Below are positions 55,378 to 64,000 of a stretch of 64,000 nt of DNA, in pieces. Both the position numbers and the translations under genes were made by a program. Position 1 is the first letter of the stretch. Every line of letters begins with the position of its first letter. The stretch is taken from assembly GCA_951406725.2 (NCBI GenBank), contig OX597822.1:868001-932000 (forward strand), read 5' to 3'. The notes under the pieces are model-generated. The model searched no databases, was not told the DNA's origin, and saw only the letters and a program-made list of their open reading frames with translations. This DNA is from Octopus vulgaris (Eukaryota).

Positions 55378-55438
55378 GATAAAACTCTGAGTTTCAGATG
55401 CCGAAGTGGAAATCCACAACACCATCTCTTCGGTTATC
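55378..55438 (-). ncRNA. Type I hammerhead-like motif, CCGANGA variant
   Basis: GATAA-CCGAAGA-GATG..CATC-t-GAAA-CTC a GAG-TT-TTATC. Confidence 0.62.
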
Positions 55439-55504
55439 TGGCCATTATATATATATATATATATTTTACATTATATATTATATATTACTTATTTATATGC
55501 TTCC

Positions 55505-55535
<31 letters not shown>

Positions 55536-55911
55536 TTGTATATACCTATATATTTATATATTACTTTATACTATATTTTTACGTATTTATTTTCTAGGTG
55601 TTGTAATGTTTTTTAAAAATATATATATTTCTTAATCGCTAAAGTATTAACTTTTAACCGTGATGAACTGTATTCACACATTTTTCTTGCACTTTCTTGT
55701 ATGCTTGTACAGATGAGTTATGTTTCATCTTCCGTGATGTTATAAATGTATATTCTATGATTAAATGTTCGAGATATGAAATGTTATGTAGATGACCTGC
55801 ATTTGTTTGTTCTGCAACCATAGTTTTATATATTTGTCTCTTTCAATTGAGCACTTCTATAGCAGTCCTATTAAACATTTTGTTCCTGATAAGAAACAAT
55901 CACTGTACTAT

Positions 55912-56306
<395 letters not shown>

Positions 56307-56384
56307 GTATATATGCTTGATAAATGTAAGCATCTGTATATACCAGCTAGTAGCATAGGTGAGAGGATATATGTATCAAATGAA

Positions 56385-56535
56385 ATAAATGAAAAACAGG
56401 ACACAAAGGATGTTGCGGTTCATATGTTTCGAGCTTTGTAGAACAACGTATTCTTACATCAATGCATAATCGACATAAGTTGTTCTATAAAGCTGGAAAC
56501 CTATGTACCGCAACATCCTTTGTGTCCTGTTTTTC

Positions 56536-56541
<6 letters not shown>
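56385..56541. repeat. 63-bp fold-back containing the 3' half of a hammerhead
   Basis: Arms 56385-56447 / 56479-56541; consensus of the arms GCTCGAAACATATGTA. Confidence 0.75.
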
Positions 56542-56590
<49 letters not shown>

Positions 56591-56599
56591 CAAAATAAG

Positions 56600-56677
56600 C
56601 TGATGAGTAGTCAGCATCTTAAATCTGTTGTAATACTTATAACATTTAATAAAATGATGTAGTGCGAAACAATTGTA
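56600..56677 (+). ncRNA. Hammerhead core with stem I lost at an inversion junction
   Basis: CTGATGA-GTA..TGC-GAAA-CAATTG-TA; 56585-56600 is inverted relative to 56703-56718. Confidence 0.55.
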
Positions 56678-56907
56678 CCAAATTACCGGAGTCATTCTTG
56701 TTGCTTATTTTGATTATAACCACCCCACAAAATTTTATGGATAACACCATAAAAAATTCTGGTGCATCTAAATTAAGTACTATATTATTCGAATCTAAAT
56801 TTTTGCTGAACTTATATATATATATATTGCCACACGCATTCTTAGTAGCTTAGAGTAGACTCGAATTAGGGATTATTCTTTCTGGCTAATGGCGTGAGTC
56901 CTGATTG

Positions 56908-56983
56908 GAAGAAGAAGAAGAAGAAGAAGAAGAAGAAGAAGAAGAAGAAGAAGAAGAAGAAGAAGAAGAAGAAGAAGAAGAAG
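56908..56983. repeat. (GAA)n microsatellite
   Basis: Direct reading. Confidence 0.97.
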
Positions 56984-57134
56984 ACAGTTGAATTACTAAC
57001 AGCAAACACAAGCTATAGCATCACTGATAGCAACAAACGTAACAGCTCCAGCATTAACAATAAGCGAAATGAAATGGCTTCAGTTGAGAATTGAAACCAA
57101 GACATAAACTTTTACTGTCATTCACCATTGTACA

Positions 57135-58609
57135 CTACAAATTTTGTTACAAGGCCAACAGTTCTGAGGAATGTGTGGAGAATTAATATACATCTACCGC
57201 AGCGCGGAACTGGTACTTATTTTATAGACCGGAATGGATGAATGGCTAAGTCGAGCTTGATGGAATTTGAATTCAGAACGTAAAGAACCAGAATCAATTC
57301 CTATTTCTTTACTACCCACAAGGGGCTAAACAGAGGACAGACAAACGGATTAAGTCGATTATATCGACCCCAGTGCGTAACTGGTACTTATTTAATCGAC
57401 CCAGAAAGATGAAAGGAAAAGTCGACCTCGGCGGAATTTGAACTCAGAACGTAGTTGCAGACGAAATACCTGTTTCTATTTCTTTACTACCCACAAGAGG
57501 CTAAACACAGAGAGGACAAATAAGGACATGTAGTCGACTACATCGAGCCCCGTGTTCAATTGCTACTTATTTTATCTAAATAGAAAGGATAAAGTTAAAG
57601 TCAAACTCAGCGGAATTTGATCTCAGACGTAAAGACGCCGAAATGTCACTAAGCACTTTGCCCGGCGCGGTAACAATTCTGCTTGCTATCTTTGAATATT
57701 GGTTTCAAATCTTGGTACAAGGCCAGCAATTTCGGAGGCGGGGGCTGGTTAATTACATCGATTCTAGAATTCAATTGATACTTATTTTTATCGACTCCGG
57801 AAAGATAAAAGACAAAGTCGACCTCGGCACTATTTGAACTCAGAACCCGAAGACGGACGAAATGCTGCTAAGCATTTTATCGAATACGGTAGCGGTCTTA
57901 CGAACTTGCTACCTATAATTATTGGTTTTAAATTTTGGTACAAGGCCAGCAATTTCGGAGGATAGGATGAGTCGACTACATCAATTCCAGTGTGCAACTG
58001 GTATTTATATTATCGACCACGAAAGGATAAAATCAAAGTCGACCAGAATTTGAACTCGGAACGAAAAAGACGGACGAAATGCTGCTAAACATTTTATCCG
58101 GCGCGGTAACGCTCAACTAGCTCGCCATCTTTAAAATTTCAAATTTTGGCAGAATGGATAGGGTAAGTTGATTATATCGACTTGAGTGTTCAACTTGTAT
58201 CTATTTTATTCTTTTCTACTCTAGGCACAAGGTCCAAAAATTTGGGGGAGGGGCGCCAGTCGATTAGATCGACCCCAGTACACAACTGGTACTTAAATTA
58301 TCGACCCGGAAGGGTGAAAGGCAAAGTCGACCTCAGCGTAATTTGAACTCAGAACGTAAAGACAGACGAAATACCTATTTCTTTACTACCCACAAGGGGC
58401 TAAACACGGAGAGGACAAACAAGGACAGACAAACGGATTGAGTCGATTACATCGACCCCAGTGCATAACTGGTACTTAATTTAATCGACCCCGAAATGAT
58501 GAAAGGCAAAGTCGGCCTCGGTGGAATTTGAACTCAGAACGTAATGGCAGACGAAATACTGCTAAGCATTTCGCCCGACGTGCTAACGTTTCTGCCAGCT
58601 CGCCGCCTT
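57135..58609 (-). mobile_element. Head-to-tail array of about 7-8 SINE family A units
   Basis: Repeated AAAGTCGACCTCGGCGGAATTTGAACTCAGAAC-type cores, all co-oriented. Confidence 0.88.
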
Positions 58610-61220
58610 CAAATACTGCGAATGAGAACGCACTCACCGGCAATTACAGTGACTCTTTAGGTTAGATTGACGATTAATGAAGGACTAGAGGTGATGTCGT
58701 ATAACGTGCGTCACTGATTTAAACTGCATGCTGGGTTTTTGTACGAACATGCATGTGTGCATATATACAAGTGTGTGCATGTGTGTGTTGTACGCACGTG
58801 CTTGAAACATGTGTTGGCGCGTGTATGTGGGCATGCGTGTGCGATGAATATATCACGTGTCAATATTTTCATCAATCTATGTGACTTCGTGCGCAAATAT
58901 ACACACAAAATTATTATTGTCACTATGCATGTGTGTTTAGGCGATCAGTCAAGCAGTGTATGCATTCTGTCTGTCTATATGTGTATGTGCGTGTATGGCT
59001 GTTTGTGTTTGTGCTGTGTCTGTGTATCTGTATGTGTTTTGCGTACGTTCCATGATTGCATGTGTATGTGCCTGTGTGTGTGTCTATGTGTCTGTAAGTG
59101 TGTACGTTTGTGTGTGTGTATGTGTGTTTGTGTGGTGTGTGGTGTGTATGTGGTGTGTGTGTGTTTGTGTGTGTATGAGTAAGTGTATAAAATACACTTA
59201 ACGAACATTGACAATAAATTAGATTATATGACTTCGCGCGTCATCCATCAATCAAGACTGCATAAGAGTGTACGTATTTCCATGTCTATGATCATGTATG
59301 TATGTGTGCGCGCGCATGTGTGTGTGAGTGCATGTGCGTGTGTGTGAGTGTATGAGTTTATGCAAAGACAGACTAAAGGACGTATATGTAAGTTACAGTA
59401 AGACTTATTTATTTATATAAACTCGGGCGCATCGCCACAGCATCTCACCACGCCTTGCTTCCGTACGTACATAAACAACCACAATATCAAATATCAAATA
59501 TGGTGTTATGGTTTTTATGACCGTGAAACCTGATAAGTGGAGAGCATGAGCAGTTCGTCACTTAATTGGTAAGTTAGCCTTCACGAGACAACATTTAAAT
59601 AGCTATGTGTGACATGATGCACGCTAAGGGGTGCCGCGTTATCGACACTGCACGCGTCATCCAAATGGTGAATCTGTGACGTATTCCATGATGCTTTGTG
59701 TCATTAAGGAACTACTGAACACGGAGAATTTATGCAGTATATTTCGGATTAGCTAACGTGCAAGCGCTCACCTTTTCTTTTTACTACAGCTAGAAGAGAT
59801 ATCAAATTTATTCTTACGAGATAACGAGACACCCTTCAGTTCAACAGTGCTAGCTTTGAATACCGCAAGAGCCGTTTTTTTTTTGTTTTTTTTATCTACC
59901 CATGGTATTTATAATGAAGAAGCGTTGCTTGGTGGTTAAGGTTTTGTTGGGCTCAGGGTCACAAAATTCCGTGAGTCCAACGTGGGTTCGATTCCTGGAT
60001 CGAGTGGCAAGCTATGTCCTTGAGCAAGGCATTTCATATCCTTTTACGTTGGTTCAGGCCAATCAGCTAAGGAAGAGTATTGGCGACCGAAGGTTGACGT
60101 AATTTGTACGTAATTCTCGAGTGATTAATCAAAACATTCACCTTCTGATCTATTCTTTTCTGCCACTATTTACTAGACGACTCGTTGTTTTTGCTCCAGG
60201 ACCATACAGGCAAATTCGGGAAATCCAGTCTATATCTGCCCAACAGTTGGAAATGTCTGAGTATGTTTTTGAGGACTTTGCACTCACTTCTAAGGGTTAG
60301 CTCCACAAATCATATTGTACAATTGCAATCTTCTACTAGTACTAAAGAGCGTGACGTTCACTGCAAGGTTTCCGGACGTCTAAAGACGTCTGGCTCTCTT
60401 ACCCTGGTGGATGCATAGATGGACCCCTGTCTGAAGGGACTGTCTTTATTGTCATTTACATCCAGAAAAAAACTCATTTACTTCCAGGATCGAGGAAAAT
60501 CTTCTGTACTTCTAAACCTGATTCTTTCTGAAAAACACTCCCGATAGACCACAAAATGAATATGCTTTGTGGTCGTCAAAAGTCGGAGGCGTTCTAGAAT
60601 TCTGTTTCGGTGGTGGCTACCACATCCATGTCAAGTGATCTGAGATTTTTGAACTAGAGAACATGCTGATCTATGGCACCTACATTTGCACATCTTACTG
60701 AGAGCGACCCATATCTACTGAAGAAGATAAGTGGAGAGGTCGCTCTCCTTTGTCATCAAAGTGGCGGATGGATTGTTCTTTTCCAGGAAAGTGTCCCTTG
60801 AAAGACACTTATAATGTTTTGTTTAAAATTTTCTAAAATTCCAGTACTGCCCGGAAAATTGTCCAAGAGAGCATGATACATGTCACTTGATGTTCTCATT
60901 AATAATCTCTCCGTAGATGTTTTGGAAATGAATTTTCAAATTCTTCTTTAGTCATTATTTTGCCTTTATATTGTTTTTTCTTTCAGACAGGCCCTTAACT
61001 TACAGTTATTTCCGTTTATGAAAATGAAATTGACTGTTTTCTATTTATTTGTTCCATTGAGTTAGTCATTCCTGTGATTGTTGTTTCTTTTAGCAATTTT
61101 GTTGTTGGGCTTGTGTTAACCTTTTGTTGTTGTTCGGGTCAAAACGGCAGGTTTTGGTTCTTATTGCGGTGGTTTTCAGGTGTTCTTTTTGTTGTTCTTG
61201 GGGTTGTTTGGGCGACATTT

Positions 61221-61637
61221 ACTCTCTCTTTACTCTTTTACTTGTTTCAGTCATTTGACTGCGGCCATGCTGGAGCACCGCCTTTAATCGAGCAACTCGA
61301 CCCCGGGACTTATTCTTTGTAAGCCCCTATTTATTCTATCGGTCTCTCTTGCCGAACCGCTAGGTGACGGAGACATAAACACACCAGCATCGGTTGTCAA
61401 GCAATGCTAGGGGGACAAACACAGGCACACAAACATACACGCGCGCACACACACACATACACACATACATATATACGACGGGCTTCTTTCAGTTTCCGTC
61501 TACGAAATCCACTCACAAGGCTTTGGTCGGCCGAGGCTATAGTAGAAGACACTTGTCCAAGGTGCCACGCAGTGGGACTGAACCCGGAACCATGTGGCTG
61601 GTAAACAAGCTACTTACCACACAGCCACTCCTGCGCC
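61221..61637 (-). mobile_element. SINE family B, full length
   Basis: Ends CACACAGCCACTCCTGCGCC on the + strand. Confidence 0.9.
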
Positions 61638-62388
61638 TATGAGTGTTTTTTGATTTTTGTCAACGTTTATGTTTCATTTTGGGGTGAGGCTATGCACTTA
61701 GTCCTATCCCTGTGGACCTTTCTAGTGACCACCTGCACTTCTTTTTCTCAGAGGAGGAGGCTGAAGGCTGGCTTTTGAATTTGTGGGCCTTTGAATAAGA
61801 TTCTCTCTGTTGCCACAAAAAGTTGCATTCATTCTCTCTCTCTCTCTCTCTCTCTCTTATGCTCTCACATACATTATCTATCTATCTACCCATCAATCTC
61901 TTGACCACTCATCGGCCTGACCCACTTGTGTACACGTGGCTAAATATACGTCTGCTTCTCTCTTCTCTTTGACACATACTCTTCTCTCCCTCTCTGTCCC
62001 TCTTTCACTCTTTCACCCTTCCTATATATATATATATAAATCGTTTTCTTTCTTTCTCCCTCACCTAGTCATCTCTCTCTCTCCTCTTTTCTCTGTCTCT
62101 CATCCCATCAACCCGGATCCCTCACTGTCAGTTCTGGTAGATGCAGTTCACACCACACTTCACTGTTCAATGACAATATAAGGTTGACTGACAAGTTATT
62201 AATAAAAAAAAAAAGAATTCGCTCTTTTGGGGAAAATCTTTCTTTCTAACTGTATATGTTATACTGTGTATCAGTGTACGTGTAAGCGTAAAGCTGAGTA
62301 TGAATGTATGTGTATATATGTATGCGTGCATGCATGTATGGATATATGTGTATGCGTATAAATACATACCTCTGTGTATGTGTGTGTG

Positions 62389-62443
<55 letters not shown>

Positions 62444-62473
62444 GTATGTATATATATATATATATATATATAG

Positions 62474-62830
62474 ATATATTATATAGAGGGTACTACTATT
62501 CATAGATACCGCACGCTTGAGTTTGTTGCACTGATGAGCATAGAATGCATATTCTGCATTAAGTGCGAAATCACAGGTGATATGTAACTAAATTCTTTTT
62601 TTAAATGACTTGCTTTGAAGTTTTGCATTCGGTAAAATTTGTTTATTTTAGTAGTTTTGACCGCAAGGGTCCCTCCTAGCGTGCGGTATCTATGAATAGT
62701 AGTACCCTCTATATAATATAAATGAACATTTTCAAAGTGGAAAAATTTACGGATTTTTTCTCTTACGAGGTTTTTCACGCTAACTACTGATGATTTCTTA
62801 TAAAGATTTTAAAAAAGATTTTAAATAAAT
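62474..62830 (+). mobile_element. Hammerhead-bearing element of the 20004 family, with 5' inversion
   Basis: Inverted repeat 62474-62517 / 62678-62720; shared blocks TTTTTTAAATG.CTTGCTTTGAA, GTCCCTCCTAG.GTG, GAGGTTTT(T)CACGCTA.CTAC. Confidence 0.78.
62525..62588 (+). ncRNA. Type I hammerhead ribozyme, intact core
   Basis: GTTGCA-CTGATGA-GCA..TGC-GAAA-TCAC ag GTGA-TA-TGTAAC; predicted cleavage after AUA at 62582. Confidence 0.85.
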
Positions 62831-62853
62831 ATATATAGTTATATATATATAAG

Positions 62854-63066
62854 AGAACTACTCTACATTAAGAGCAAATCCGTTTCCCGCAATTCAGGCA
62901 AATTCTTCGCAGTGAACATATAGAAAATTGGGCAGATAACATCAAACCAAATTTCACAGTCCCCCCCTTCAACCAGTGCAAAGACACAATCTCTCAACTA
63001 GAACGTTTGAATAAAGAAACTTTTTTCATTGAAAAATACAGAACACGCCTTAATATGCTCGCATAA
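62854..63066 (+). pseudogene. Penelope-like element GIY-YIG endonuclease, C-terminal remnant
   Basis: Manual translation RTTLH*EQIRFPQFRQILRSEHIENWADNIKPNFTVPPFNQCKDTISQLERLNKETFFIEKYRTRLN; matches the R...H...H...E..I....LN pattern. Confidence 0.72.
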
Positions 63067-63358
63067 CCAACTTTTATCTTTTTACATATTTCAATTCACG
63101 ATTATATCTCTGTAGATAAATCCCCTCACTAAACAAGGTTTTCGAAACTTGTCTTTGTCTGTACATATATATTCCCCTCCCATTACTGAAAGCTGAACAG
63201 TTATGTCCCTTACCTACAACAATAACAATAATAACGATAACCAATTACCGCCCTTTATTTATCTACTTGTGAAGCCATTCACTCTTGAATTTCATCACAC
63301 ACAACATGGACAAAATTTCTTCTTAGGAGAAAATACATATTCAAATAACTAAAACATA

Positions 63359-63393
63359 ATATCATGAATAGCGATAGCGAAACCGGTCGATAT
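63359..63393 (+). ncRNA. Degenerate minimal hammerhead in the Penelope-like 3' region
   Basis: ATATC-aTGAAtA-GC gata GC-GAAA-CCGG-TC-GATAT. Confidence 0.62.
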
Positions 63394-63678
63394 ATTAAAA
63401 ATTATATTAAAACTATGTAAATGTGCGTATTTTCCTTTTTTAATTTCTTATATACATTACAACTCACCACGTAGGGATAATCGAAATTCCTCTTTTCTGT
63501 TACAACTATATATATATATATGTGTGTGTCGCCATGATTTCCTGCTAACCCCACAAGTTTTATTCTGTCTCTGTTCATTTCCTCGTGTTCCTCTCTGTTG
63601 AAGAGCGTAGGCCCGAGCGTCAAACTAATGCATCTGGTTGTTGTTTATACCCTGTCTTCGTGTTTTATTTTTCTGTAA

Positions 63679-63747
<69 letters not shown>

Positions 63748-63852
63748 GATGTACACCTAGTGGTCATCTCCAGATTCTTTTCTATATGCTAAGCCACTGG
63801 TTCAAATTGATATTAAGCAAATTTATATCAATATTTTTACTCTTATTATTTA

Positions 63853-63907
<55 letters not shown>

Positions 63908-64000
63908 CATATATATGTATGTATATATATATATACATATATGTTATATTAAATTGGAGATAAAACCACTATTAGGCAAATCAAACAGTGAAAATCATAA

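Noticed and set aside
57135-58609. CRISPR-like array
   Set aside because: Units are long SINE monomers without unique spacers; eukaryotic context with no cas genes.
60130-60960. Decayed gag/ORF1-like sequence on the minus strand
   Set aside because: Only a partial zinc-knuckle-like trace amid many stops.

Overview
AT-rich, repeat-saturated eukaryotic DNA. The repeat families and microsatellite load point to an octopus-type cephalopod genome (inferred, not proven). I find no supportable host exon; nearly all ORF-track entries are microsatellite artefacts. Recognisable elements: two decayed R4/Dong-like LINEs in (TAA)n tracts, CR1-like and Tx1-like LINE 3' fragments, three mariner relics, an 8-bp-TSD MITE with telomere-like repeats, Helitron-like ends and many tRNA-derived SINEs. 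The main finding is a set of about ten type I hammerhead ribozyme (HHR) motifs, folded by eye. Most lie in short non-coding islands between (TA)n tracts, often with fold-back inversions. They include one intact HHR (62525-62588), a 476-bp circularly permuted retrozyme-like monomer (20046-20568), a tRNA-headed SINE carrying an HHR with a target-site duplication (23124-23375), a CCGANGA core variant, and an HHR just downstream of a Penelope-like GIY-YIG remnant. Together these suggest a Penelope-driven ribozyme/retrozyme system. Activity is untested.
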